The position numbers and the translations under genes are program-made. Below the pieces are notes generated by a model. It had not been told where the DNA came from. It was given only the letters and a program-made list of their open reading frames with translations, and made no database searches. From Chrysomallon squamiferum (taxonomy: Eukaryota > Animalia > Mollusca), in contig CM022670.1 of the NCBI GenBank assembly GCA_012295275.1, positions 41,664,001-41,728,000 on the forward strand: DNA of 64,000 nt, in the 5' to 3' direction. Of the stretch, positions 14,761-28,747 are shown piece after piece (the stretch's first letter is position 1; each line of letters begins with the position of its first letter).

Positions 14761-17700
14761 TTTGTGTGTGTGTTTTGAGGGTTTAGAGCCAGAAGGTGGT
14801 AACAGCATTTTTGCCAACTTGAGAAAAAAACAAAACAAAGTTTCAGTTCTCTGGCATTTTCATATGTACTGACACAGGTTTTTGAAATTACATGTTTACT
14901 GCTTGTTGAACAACTCATCTGTTCAGAATTGTTCAGTTCTAGTCATTGGCTCACCTCAGAATCACTTACAACATTTTGGCATATGAAGTGCAGATAAATT
15001 TGCATATTTTTACCAAACAATATCTTATATCCAATGCAATTATAATCCATATAATCTTAAAACATGTTAAAATACAGTAAAGTGTAGAACTAGTTAGAAC
15101 AAATGGCCAGGTATAAAAACCTGAAACGCAGATTCCAAAAAGTTAATTTGATGTAATAAAACTATTATTTACAAATTAAACCTTTTAATGTTCACCTTCA
15201 CTTGTCAATCTGATGTTTATGATTCATGTTAAAACTGTATTGACATATCTTTGTCATGGCCAAAATAACATTGTCAACATGTTTGGGCAGAAGTGTTATA
15301 TTGTATATAAGGAGTCCAAATCTTTTTTAGTTATTGTGAATGGAGGATCTGAGACAGAGTCATCTGAAAAACCTAGATTTGAAATGTCTGATTTGACATT
15401 TTGTGATATTTTAAAAAGTGTTCTGTAGCATTTTCGTTTTAGTTCATTCTCTGTTAATAACTTGTCTGAAATTTGACTTTCTAAAGTAATATTTCATCAG
15501 TATCAAAGATCCTTCTGACTTCATCCCAGTTCTCCTCTGTATGTTCATACTCCATTCCTGTAAATATTGGATGTACAAAAACAGTGTTATGTATATATAT
15601 GTTTTATCTGTTTGAAAAGGATTAAGTTATGTGCTTAATTAACGTAATGCAGTACTAACCAAATAAGAGCAATAGTCCAATAACAATAATTAAGTTGACA
15701 TATTATTTATAACTAATGTCACTATATTTTTTTTATTTTTTTTTATTATCGTTTAACAAAATTGAAGTAATAATGCCGAGGTGGTTGCATATAAAATATA
15801 TAAAGTGGCATTTGTTTTATGACAATTAAATTATTAATATTTAACTTACATTTTTTTGTTCAGCTGTTGTCTTCTCAAAATAATCATTATTTTGAAGAAG
15901 ATGGGATAAAAAAAAAATAGAACCTCTGTCTAATAGACAAATGTGCCAACGTTTTAATATAAAACACCAAGAAAATGTTGACATGAGTTTAAATAACTGG
16001 GAGACTGACAGGAGGGTAATCTGTTAATTAGCAGATCAAATTAACAGTGCTCTTGTAACAATGGCTACAACCATAAAGTCATAACTGCCCATACTCTTTC
16101 TCATCCTGGCTGGCTTAATATTTTAACACAAATGTACTGACTTCATTGGAACCAAAATGTTGTCAGTGCAGTTACGATTTTTTGGCACTAACAAATATTC
16201 ACTTACTATCCATACTCACTTACGACTATGTGGTTCTGATTGATATCTCAAAACATTATTCTGCTACTAACTTGATTGATAAATGAAAGAATATACTGTT
16301 GTAGTGTATTAGTGGTAAAATGTCATTTTCGTAGAAAATGCACTTAAATCCTTCGGGCTCTAACCCCTCTATATATGTGTGTGTATATATGAAGGTGTAA
16401 AATAAAATAAATAAACTGAAATTGTTTTAGACGATTTTATACTAACGGGACCTACAGAAGTCAAAGAGGGTCAAAGAACTGAGTATCTGTGTAAAATCCC
16501 TATGAAGCCAATAATCGAAGTACCTATGGCGTTTTCTGTTTTTGGAGAGGTAGTGTGTGCTGTCTTCCCCAACTGCAGTGTTATTATTAATGTGCCAGCT
16601 TATGAATGTAGCTGTGTGAACTCCACAGACTTGACTTCTAACTACAGAATGACGATGAAATATCCGACTGTAAGATATGGTCCTGGACTGTATTGTTCAT
16701 TTGCAGCTCAAATGAGCAATACAATTTATCTCTCGATTTACAGTAAGTTCTCTTTAATTTCTGGGCTGTTTGTCCCTATAACTCCCGAGATACACATACA
16801 CACCAGGATCCAAAAGAAACTTTACCATATTTTTAAACAAAAATTCTAGTTGAAAACATAGAACAATGATATACGCATGAAGTAAAATGTGTTGAAAAGA
16901 ACAATATGTCGACGTAATAAAAACTACAAAACCATAGAGCATCCGATAATAATGTCAGAATTAGTCAAAATGATGTGAGGTGTTAAAATGAAACCTTTAA
17001 CTTCAATGACCACACCCTCAACAAAAACAAAAAAAACAAACAAAAAAAACTGATGCATGGAATCAGGTCACTTTGGTCACGTAGCCATTCTCTTTCTGTG
17101 ACCTGAATCATTTCTTGTTGGACTGGCTGTGGGTGTGGATGTTTTCTAACACGAAGGTTCGTGTTGTCTCACAGGTGCACTGTTGAGGAGTGTGGTGAAC
17201 ATGCAGATTGTTGCAAGGTGTTGAGCTTGTTCGTTCCAAACACTTTTTGTATAATTCTGGAAAGATGACAGCACGACGCTGCTGTTTGAGAATTGGAAAG
17301 ATATCGGAAGTTGAATATCGTCGATGTTTTACGCTGGGCTGTCACAATTCTTGTCCACGGCAGCTTCCTGAGCACTTCCAGATTGAAGCACATTACACTG
17401 AGAAGATCGCTGAGAGGCTGCTTGAGCTGTAGCCCCAGATAGTAAGAGGCCTGTCAGCTACCTTTATTTCAGAACTCTCAAAAACCCTTAAACTGTACAA
17501 ATAAATATTTGCACGTTCAGTTGCGATTGTTCGTGCTTTTCGCGTATTCGTCCGAAAACCTGTTTGCATTATTGTCTACATACACTGCACTTGGATTGTG
17601 TTTTACCTTGTTTAGGTTTCAATTTGACAATGGTGAAGTTTCTGTTGGCTAATGTCACACATAAACATATACACTTACAGCCACACACGCAAAAGGACTA

Positions 17701-19231
17701 AATAGTAAACATGTTATTTTACAAATGTATGTTAAATAAGTGTGTTCATACACAGAAAATAATATTAAATTTGTGCATTTTCAAATACAGATTTACAAAT
17801 GGACATTAAATAATAAATATGTTCAGATAAATATCTAAAATCACACACGAAACAAAGAAATAATTATGTTCATACAGTTTTACATTAACTTATTAATGTG
17901 ATAGTACTAACAAATAGTCTACGTTTATATTAACTTATTAATGTGATAGTACTAACAAATAGTCTACGTTTATATTAACTTATTAATGTGGTATACTAAC
18001 AAATAGTCTACGTTTATATTAACTTATTAATGTGATAGTACTAACAAATAGTCTACGTTTATATTAACTTATTAATGTGGTAGTATTAACAAATAGTCTA
18101 CGTTTATTTTAACTTATTAATGTGATAGTATTAACAAATAGTCTACGTTTATTTTAACTTATTAATGTGATAGTATTAACAAATAGTCTACGTTTATATT
18201 AACTTATTAATGTGATAGTATTAACAAATAGTCTACGTTTATTTTAACTTATTAATGTGATAGTATTAACAAATAGTCTACGTTTATATTAACTTATTAA
18301 TGTGGTAGTACTAACATAGTCTACGTTTATATTAACTTATTAATGTGGTAGTACTAACAAATAGTCTACGTTTATATTAACTTATTAATGTGATAGTATT
18401 AACAAATAGTCTACGTTTATATTAACTTATTAATGTGATAGTACTAACAAATAGTCTACGTTTATTTTAACTTATTAATGTGATAGTACTAACAAATAGT
18501 CTACGTTTATTTTAACTTATTAATGTGATAGTACTAACAAATAGTCTACGTTTATATTTCCAAGTAATTCCTTTATTACTTTTACTTCTTGCTACACTTC
18601 ACCTATAGTGGTGCTAACAAATAGTTTCAGTATATTCTGCATGTGTCAAAACACTGTTTTAGCTGTTTAGTGTACAATCTGCTTGTATCATCGTATTATT
18701 TATCACGTACAGACCGCGACTGACAGTCTGACACATTATATAACACTTCCACGAGCACAAAGACAATATGATGATAAAAACAATAGTAATTCCTGATAAC
18801 AAAAAATCTGCAATCTGAAACTTAAATAATATTGATGTTTAACAAAGAAAGAAAACTCAGAATTACCACCTTCGTATCCACGACACTTTTTAATTTATTT
18901 ATTTATTTATTTGTCTGTTTTTATTTGTGTATTTTGTTTTCAGGGGAATACAAGTTCTTCACTGGTATTTACTTTCACTTTTCTGTTTACTAATAATAAT
19001 TTAACAAAAGCAACACAGACATCATCAACAACAACAACAACAAAAAACCCACAACAATAACAATAATTCTGTATCGTCCTTGTTCGTTTTTCATCATCAT
19101 CATTATTATTCAAAAGAATCTTTGTGTTATTTGTGTTTCTTAACAATTTATTTCACTTATTTATCCTTTATTTACCTTTTTACTAAGCTTATGTCAAAAC
19201 AACTTTATTCAAAATATTTTTACTGAGTTAG

Positions 19232-19267
<36 letters not shown>

Positions 19268-19639
19268 AACAAAAAACAAAGTCAACCCTAAAAATTGTTT
19301 TAGAGGATTTGGTCCTATCGGGACCGAACAAAGTGCTGGAGGGTAATCGAACTGAGTATGTGTGCAAGATTCCTGCGAAACACATAGAAAAAGTACCTAT
19401 GGTTTTTACTTTATTCGGAGGAGTGGTATGTGGTGTCTTCTCAAACTGCAGTGTTTACAGTGCCAGGCCTGGCTATAAATGTAATTGTGAGAATTCCTCT
19501 GACAGTGCTTCTTTCTACAGCATGACGATTGAAAATCCCAAAGTGAGAATTGGTTATCTGTTTTGCTCATTTCAAGGCCAATTAAGCAATAAAATTAAGC
19601 TACAAATCTACAGTAAGTTTTTCACATAACTATAGCTTT

Positions 19640-19737
<98 letters not shown>

Positions 19738-19789
19738 ATACTTATAAAAATATACACACACAACACATAAATGAATTACATTATAAATC

Positions 19790-19834
<45 letters not shown>

Positions 19835-21277
19835 CAATAATTATCATTTACATAAATTATAATTCTGAAATATAATAATCAACATCACCAGCGTGTAAAA
19901 AGATCTATATAGTACCAGATGTATTTTAGTTAGAATACCTACATGTCCAGTTCTTCACGATAACATTATAATTTGTGGTAGATAACATACGAGCGCTATT
20001 CTTACTACATATTTTTCTATGTTTTTGTTTTATTTTCAGAGATCTACCGGTTCTTTCCAGGTATTTACTATAGCTTTTCTATTTAATATTCCAAAATTAA
20101 AGTTTTAATAATTACAACTACTAACATTACTGCTCCTTCTACCATACGAACAACAACAACAATAATAATATGGTTCTCATTTGTTTTATTTTATTTATTA
20201 TTATTGTTGTTGTTGTTCTTACTATTATTATTATTGTTGTTTTTATTTTTATTATTATTATATTTGTTATTCGAAAAAATTAAAATGTTTCCGCTCGCTA
20301 TTTGAATTTACTTATTTTCATCTTTCTATCACTCACTTATTCTTATATTTAATTCTTAATAATACGTTAAGTAACATGAATCAAAATATTTGAACCGAGT
20401 GAAAACATTTTATTTTTTTTATTTTAGATGATTTGATACTGACGGGACCTAGAACCATCGGATTCGGCAAACTTGTTCAGTATCAGTGCAGAGTTCCTGA
20501 GGAAAAAATTGAAAACGTTCCTCTGGTTTTTGGGACCATAAACGTTTAGTTTGTGCCGTCATGCCAGACTACAGCGTTCGTGATTGGGTGGATGGCTTTG
20601 CATGTGAATTTTTGCATTCTTCAGTAGATGCTTCTTACTTTGCCATGACGATTGATATTCCACAAGTGGAACACGCTCATTTGATAACCTGCTCATTCGA
20701 GGGTCAACGGAGCAATCAGATTGAGCATAAGATAGAGTAAGTTTTTTTGTTTTGTTTTTAAGTGTTGTAACTATAGTTGTTGTTATATGAAACTGTGCAA
20801 AAGAGTGCAGAGTAGGTTTTTCATATTGTAACTGTAGTATGTGCAAAATAGTGTATAGTAAGTGATATATATATATATCGTAATTATAGTTCTCATATCT
20901 TTTGTTACATGAAATTGGGCAAATGTTTTTTTTTTTTTTTTTTTTTATATAATATTGTACTATAGTTGTTGTTGTATATCTATGTAGTGGTTTTTAACCT
21001 CTTTTTGTTCTGACACACACACACACCCTTATATACATACATTATATAGCTGCTTTTGTTTTAAATGTCATTTAGCGGTGTTCAGTTCACTATTACTTAG
21101 CTGAAAAATGAAATCGGTGTATGTTTATAAATAGAAGACAATAACAAATAAATAAAAAAAAAAAAAAAAAAAAATAAATAAAAGGAAAATAAAATACATT
21201 AAGAAAGATATAATAAAAACATTTGTATTCTTTTCAGACAAGAAAATCTGCAGCCCGGGTATAACACAACTATTTGA
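12884..21277 (+). CDS. Cluster gene A: secreted protein with 3 Cys-rich Ig-like domains (~362 aa if a 1-nt deletion near 20530 is repaired)
   Basis: Signal exon 12884-12938 (MLYLLAASVFFSINVYIS); micro-exon 14334-14354; domain 16431-16742; micro 18944-18964; domain 19304-19612; micro 20040-20060; domain 20428-20736 (frameshift in a T run); tail 21238-21277. All junctions GT/AG with compatible phases. Confidence 0.78.
14777..16369. mobile_element. Non-autonomous DNA transposon with 20-bp GAG-initiated terminal inverted repeats, in gene A intron 2
   Basis: GAGGGTTTAGAGCCAGAAGG (14777-14796) and CCTTCGGGCTCTAACCCCTC (16350-16369) are 18/20 complementary. The intron is ~1.6 kb longer than the equivalent intron in paralogues. 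Confidence 0.65.
16980..17640 (-). mobile_element. Possible degenerate Tc1/mariner remnant
   Basis: GC-richer block with no counterpart seen in paralogous introns; broken minus-strand translation only weakly resembles a Tc1 HTH region. Confidence 0.3.
17885..18556 (+). repeat. 45-bp minisatellite in gene A intron 3
   Basis: TTAACTTATTAATGTGATAGTACTAACAAATAGTCTACGTTTATA in tandem; period 45 (17885 to 17930). Confidence 0.95.
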
Positions 21278-21888
21278 AAAACGTGGCTGATAATCCATGT
21301 ATATATATATATATATGTATAAAACCACATCTAATTACGGCCATTAATCATTGTCGTTTGCTTGTGTTGTTATTCATTCCCGCTGTAAACTACATCTCTA
21401 ATGTGGTGCAGAGGTTCAATTCTTGAACGAAGCTCTGAACCCTTCAAGTCCTGTTTTTTCTCCTCTGCGACACCATACTGCTACACACAGACACTAACGC
21501 ATAATGTACAGACGTAATTGTGTACGACGTAATATTTGGGCATGACGTAATATGATTTAATATGTGTGCATGACGTAATATGGCATAATATGTGTGTATG
21601 ACAGTATTACGTTCTATGTGTGTATGAATAATAAGACGTAATATGTTTGTATGACAGTATGCCAAAATATGTGCGTATGAAGTAATATGTGTGTATGATG
21701 TAATATGACGTAATATATGTGTTAGAATACAGTACCACGGTGTGTCGAAAAGAGCAGTTGTGACAGTGATTATAGGACTACTGGTTCTCTGATATTTACT
21801 TTCACTTTTTACTATAAAAACAAAAACAACATTAATAATAGTATTGTTCTCGTTGTTGTTTTCTTTATTATTTTTGTTGTTATTGTTA

Positions 21889-21929
<41 letters not shown>

Positions 21930-22901
21930 GTCACACAGATTAAAACAAAGTTCATGTTTTGGTCTACATAGTCACTGCCATGCTACACTTCATCTATTCT
22001 CAGTATGTATGTATGTATGTGTGCATGTATGTATGTATGTATGTGTGTGTATGTGTGTATGTATGTATGTATGTGTATGTGTATGTGTGTATGTATGTAT
22101 GTGTATGTGTGTATGCATGTATGTGTGTGTATATGTATGTGTCTACGTATGTGTGTATGTATGTGTGTGTGTGTATATGTATGTTGTGTATGTGTATGTG
22201 TGTATGTGTGTATGCATGTCTGTGCGTATGTATGTATGTATGTATGTTGTGTATATGTATGTATGTATGTGTGTGTGTATGTATGTATGTGTGTGTGTAT
22301 GTTTGTTCTGTATGTATGTATGTATGTATGTATGTGTGTATATATATGTTTGTATTTTGTTTTTATAATTTTATACAAGTCGGTGTTAATGGTTAACCAT
22401 TGTTTATCAAAGGCCATTCTATGGGAAGGAGAATATAATAGATTCGTGACTGCTAGCTGACAACAAAGAATGTAGGATATAAACCGCTATGACAAAAACC
22501 AGCGAATAGTAATCCTCCAGTGGTTTTGCAATGTGGAACAAAAGACACCCCCCAAGTGAAAAGAAAAATGGTATGACAAAAGAACCCAGCCGCCTCACCC
22601 CCAAAGAATAAAAAAGCTATGTTCATATCTCAGTTAAGACTAGGATACAGTTTGAAGAGAAAATTTACATGAAACCACACTACAGTTACCTGACACAAAA
22701 TGAGAATATAGTACATTTTGGGAATTTCACCTTTTTGAAAATTGAGAATAATTTACGAAACCAATATCAGAAGATTACGAAATTTGAGACGTCACTGGAT
22801 ATAATGACTTGATGACAAAGCCATTTCGTACATTCTGACATGTTTGCTATGTCTCTAGTATGCATGCAATGTGGATCAGCAGTTATTTTATTTATTACTT
22901 T

Positions 22902-23046
22902 TTAAACAAACATTCCCTTCATAAACATCTTCAACTTCCCAAGGGAAGTGTTTAATCTGAAAGTAATACAAAGGTTTTTACAATACCTTTCTGCATGTGT
23001 GAACGCTTTTGTTCTATAATTATTATTATTATTATTATTATCATCA

Positions 23047-23123
<77 letters not shown>

Positions 23124-23357
23124 GGATTTAGAATACAAACGTACTCTGATTTTAAATTTTTAGTTACATGACCAAGTGTGCGTGTGTTCTTGTGTGTGTG
23201 TTTGTGTGTGTGTGTGTTTGTGTGTGTGTGTTTATGTGTGTTTGTGTGTGAAGAAAGAGTGTTTAAACAGTATACAAAGATAAAACGAATGAATTAGTTA
23301 TAAAAAAAGAACAAAACAAACAATACAAAAAAAAAAAAAAAAAAAATAATAAATGAA

Positions 23358-23393
<36 letters not shown>

Positions 23394-23991
23394 AAAAAAA
23401 ACACTACTTACTCTACACCCTGCAGGTAAATGATATTGCTGATTTGACCATGAAATGCACAATACACCAAAGGACCATACATGACGTCTTTGGGATTTTC
23501 AATAGTCATAAGGTAGTAAGAAGCTTTGTCTGTGGACATCACACATTTACATTTATAGCCGTTCGACTGATTAGGAACACTGCAGTCTGGGAGCACAGCA
23601 CACGTAACGCGTTCACTGACCAGAAAGAGCATAGGTACTTCTCTTATTTGTTTCACAGGAATTTTGCACACAAAGTCAATTGAATCACTATCTACAATTA
23701 TTTCAGGTCCCGTCAGTTCTAAATCGTCTAAAATAGTTTAAGAAGAAACAATCTGAGTGAAGTTTGCAAAAGTATTACTGGATGTTTTGTCAAACATTTA
23801 ATGTGAAGCTAACTCAGGAATAAACAGGTATACTATGTTCAGGTAATATAGATAAATAGAATAAGGATTCTTTCGAATAAATACATAAAGAGTGAGAAAA
23901 AAAAAAAAAAATAAAAATAACATCAACAATAATAATAACTATAAGTAATAATAACAAGAAGAGAAACAACAAAAAACAATAATAATAATAA

Positions 23992-24062
<71 letters not shown>

Positions 24063-25043
24063 GATTACTATTGTGGTTGTCGTTGTTGTAATTATTATTA
24101 TTGTTGTTGCAGCTGTTTTTATTATACTTTTATTTTTTTATATTAATTACAAAAAGGAATTTTTACCACAATAATATCGGTGGATTTCTGAAAATAAAAC
24201 AGAAAGATATGAAATCGTGACATAAATAGCTTCGATACATTGAAAAGAAGAAACTATAACGTTATATGTAGATCTGAACATATAGGTGTCTCAAGTACAA
24301 TATTACACTTCTTTATATATGTTGATTACTACATTTCGTAATTCTCATTTGTATTGGTATAAACGTGTTTATTATTGAATATACATTTGTGAATAGGTGT
24401 ATAAAACTATTTATTTGTTATTTAATGTATATTTGTAAATGTGCATATTAAAATATACATAAATATTATTGTAAATGTATGTGTTTCTAAGCATGTGTGT
24501 GTTGGTGTGTGTGTCTATATATATATATATGAGTGAGAAGAAAGGGCTTTCTAAATATCAGGATAGAAATATAACATGTTACAGTATGAAAAGCTCACCG
24601 TAGACTTGTATGCTAATTTCGTTACTCAGCTGATCGCTAAACTTGCAAGATGCAGAGAATCCGTAAACCTCTTTGAGATTCTTCATCGTCATTACGTAGT
24701 AGGAAGCTCTGTCTGTGGAGTTCACACATTTGCACTCATAGCCGTAGTGAACGTCAACTGCTTTGCAGTTTGGGAAGACAGAACAAACCACTTTGCTAAG
24801 CGTAAGAAAACTCACAGGCAAGTCCTTTATTTGTTTGACAGGAATTTTGCACACGTAATCAGCGCGTTTACCAGCTTCAACTAACATCGGTCCAGTTATT
24901 ACCAAATCCTCTAAAACAATTTATTATTTATTTATTTATTTATTTTTATCTCAGTAAAAATATTTTCAATAATTATTTGAAAAAACCCAACATATTAGAT
25001 GTTTTGACAAAATGTGAAATATATAGGTAACAAAGGTAAATGC

Positions 25044-25110
<67 letters not shown>

Positions 25111-26364
25111 GACAAGAAACCAGTGACTAATATGAGAAGAGATCGATTGTTGTTGATGCTGTTTTTGCTCTATCTTGTTGTTGTTGTTGCTGTTCTTTCA
25201 GCTATTTTTCATTTTTTCATTTTTGTGTTTTTTAATTGAAGCTGTTCTTGTTACTACAAATATTATTTTTGAATATTAAATAGCAAAATAAAGTTAGTAC
25301 CAAAGAAGACTCGACCGGGTTCTGAAAATAAAAGTAAAAGACAAAAACGTGGCAAACATATATTTAACATATGCAAATTATAATGCCATAATTTAGAACG
25401 AAATATACTGAAAGTAAATTTGTACATGATACTTTCAGAGCTGCTTTCCAAATCTTTCTCCTACAACTTTATGTCTATTCAGTTAGTAAGGAAAAAAAAA
25501 TATATAAAGCTTTCATTTTAATATGTTGTACCAAGCACAACACCAATATAAGTGCAGTTCGATGATTTTGTCACTTCAATTTCGAGTAGCTGTCATAGCA
25601 GAGATGAATAATCGTAATTGTTTAAAACAAAGAGAAATAAGGTAAATTCCCTAAAAGTGAAACCGAATTTTTCCAGTGGCAGAGGTTGCAAATTGAAATG
25701 AGGTTCCTTCCGCTAATTTATGTTAAAATGTATTACATTTAAAAAAAGATAATAAAGCAGTAGCTTAGCTTTTCAGCTATCAGTATGTTGCTTTATTATT
25801 ACCATACTTCGTAATATTAGTAAAAGTAGTAGGATTGGAAGTAACAGTAGCTGTACAGTAGTAAGTGTAGTACAGTTATTATTATTAGTAGTAATAGCAG
25901 TAGCAGTAGAACGGTAAATGCAGCAACAGTCGTAGTAGTAGAAGTAGCAGTAGTTGTTACAGTCATATTGGCACAGCTGTGTAAGTAGTGGTGTAGTAAT
26001 AGTAGTAATAGTATCTTTAGTAGTAGATGTAGTATTATTAGTAGTAGTAGACGTAAACATAGTAATAGTAGTAGCAGTAGTAGTAGTAGTAGCAGTATGA
26101 TCTGAGTTTTTCTATCATTAACTGAAAGTTATATGATCTGGAAGAAGGTTCATTTTGTATCTCAGAAGCAATAACAATTTTAATTAATAGTTTCTAAAGA
26201 AAAAAGAAGACATTATTACACATATAAGCACTAAGGAAATTGCTGAATAAAATACTATCTAGTTTGATAGAAAATCAACTAATCAATATTGAATAGAAAA
26301 ACTAAATACCTGAGATGTGTACATTTATAGAAAATAAAACAAATGCTGCAGGTAAAAAGAACAT
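22902..26364 (-). CDS. Cluster gene B: secreted 2-domain Cys-rich Ig-like protein (~259 aa), intact
   Basis: Signal exon 26364-26310 (MFFLPAAFVLFSINVHIS); micro 25321-25301 (EPGRVFF); domain 24910-24599; micro 24187-24167 (EIHRYYC); domain 23727-23412; tail 22956-22902. Confidence 0.82.
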
Positions 26365-27769
26365 GTCTGACTTTGGTGTGTGTGTGAGTGTCTCTACAAC
26401 AATCAGTGAATATATTTACACAGCGTATGTGCCTATACCAGATGTTATTAACACACACTTTGTCACAGGCACCAGTCGTTTGTTTGTTTGTTTATTTGTT
26501 TATTTGTTCATTTATTTATTTTTTGTTTATTTATTTATTTTTTTGTTTGTTTATTTCCATTTTAACAGAAATAAATGTAACCCTGATACTACCAACCTCC
26601 TAGCAATATGAAATTACTGAATGTATAATCAACAAATGAATTAATCAATAAATATTAGTATAGCGATATCATTCAAGGTATGGTTATGAAATCAGATACA
26701 ATGATTTAAAATAAATATATAAATATTAATATGACTTATATTAATCAATCTCATTTGCAGTTGGTAAGTCTTGATATCACAATGGCATGTTGAAGAAGTT
26801 AAGAGGTCTTTGACATGAGTATGTAATCAGAGTCAGTGTAGCTTTTCCCGACATATTTTTGTTTCTGGTCACTTTATACTTGGCTGCTATGTCTATAAAT
26901 AAAGCGTGTTATAAAGGATGTAGATAATTGTTATTTCATAACAGACGATTAAACTGGAATGTTGCTAATGGTGAGATTACTTATCTCACTTAGAAACAGG
27001 TTGGATGAAAAGGTAAAAGATGTTTATTGCAGTTCTGATTTCCAAGTCGAATGCATTTGGTTCAGAAACAGAAAACGTATCAGGCGTCTAGAAGACGTCA
27101 TTACTCAGTGGTTGTTAAGGTTTTGTTCAGTGAATATCAGGACATTATCAGCAGGTGACACCCGTGAATGGAACTGTGGTTTGAACAAATGAAGTAAATC
27201 AGCGAGAATTTCTCTGGTTTTGGTTATACGACATGTAGTAACATTATGTTTCTTGTAAAGCCATCATCAGCCACGTCGTTAACGACAGAACACACGTGTA
27301 GCTGCTTTCTTACTTTCTAACAGCGACTAATGTAAGTTTGTCAATGCGACTCAAACTGTTCTTGGTAAATATATATATATGTGTGTGTGTGTGTGTTTTT
27401 GTGTGTTTGTGTGTGTGTATACACACATATTCATACATACATGCATACACACATTCATACACACATACATAAAAACATGCATACATACATAAAAAATACA
27501 CATGTACAAACAAACATACATACATGCATAAAAACATACATGCGTACATAAACAAACATATTCGAACTACAAAGCACATATTAAATACATACACAAATAC
27601 AAGTACACACGCATACGCTATTGTGATTGTTGTTATTCATACAATTAGTGCGTAAACGTAAGATAACTGAATTTTTCCTCTACGTGATATTAATATTTAT
27701 AATGAGAATTATAGTTAATTTATTCGCATATTTCAATAATTTGCTTTTTTTCTGATTAAAACCAGGATG

Positions 27770-28020
27770 TTTGATGGGTTTTTCTGATATATCATGTTTG
27801 ACGTTTTTTTCTGATATAACAGACATGTTTGACGTTTTTTTCAAATATAACAAGCATGTTTGACGTTTTTTTCAGATATAACAAGTATGTTTGACGTTTT
27901 TCAGATATAACAGACATGTTTGACGTTTTTCTGATATAACAAGCATGTTTGTCGTTTTGTTTCTGATAAAACAAGCAGGTTTGATGGGTTTGTTTTCTGA
28001 TATAACAGACATGTTTGATT
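27770..28020 (+). repeat. Short minisatellite, ~30-bp unit
   Basis: ATGTTTGACGTTTTTTCTGATATAACAAGC-like tandem that merges into the conserved upstream block. Confidence 0.85.
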
Positions 28021-28312
28021 TTTGTGACACAGATGTGAAAATTAATGTTACAGACAGAAGAAGATTTGCATCATCTCCCTCACATGATACTCGGTACCTC
28101 GCTCCGTTAATCTACAACCAGATATCACGTGATGATATAATCTGCCGCCATTCGACACCCCCGGCAGTTGGTGGACGTGCTTGCCAGGAATTCAGTGCTC
28201 GGAAGTGGAGCTTGGTGTATTTGAAATACGAGCTCTTGTACATCTCATCCCTTTGCCTTTAATTTAAAACAGCTGAGAGTTTTGTTTCAATACAGTTGGT
28301 TTACTACTACTG

Positions 28313-28347
<35 letters not shown>

Positions 28348-28398
28348 GTTAATAATAATAATAATTATTATAATTATAATAACAGTTATAGTAATAGT

Positions 28399-28458
<60 letters not shown>

Positions 28459-28747
28459 CAAACAAAGAAACTAAATCGATCCTTTGCTGTAAGCAAACTG
28501 ATCAGTAGTTGTTATCTGTTTGATGTTTAGATATTTGTTTTGTGTCTGTTTTACCTCAAATAAATAGTTTTATTACATTTGCCATCATACAACAAGAACA
28601 TTTCATCGTTCAGTGATTACATACACATGCATTTTGTTTATTAGACTATCAATCAGCAGTCATTTTTAAAATTATTATTATTTTTTAATTACAAGAAGCT
28701 TTTTACATAAGGTCTTCTTCTTTTATAAAGTTTGTAGAATTTTCTGA

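Noticed and set aside
22390-22720. Possible LINE 3' remnants (also ~26630-27000 and ~54400-54530)
   Set aside because: Too degenerate to support by eye; would need RepeatMasker/Dfam
23444-24884. Antisense ORFs over domain exons (also 34694-34888, 41190-41393, 53013-53405, 57553-57765, 2555-3118)
   Set aside because: Shadows of real coding exons on the opposite strand
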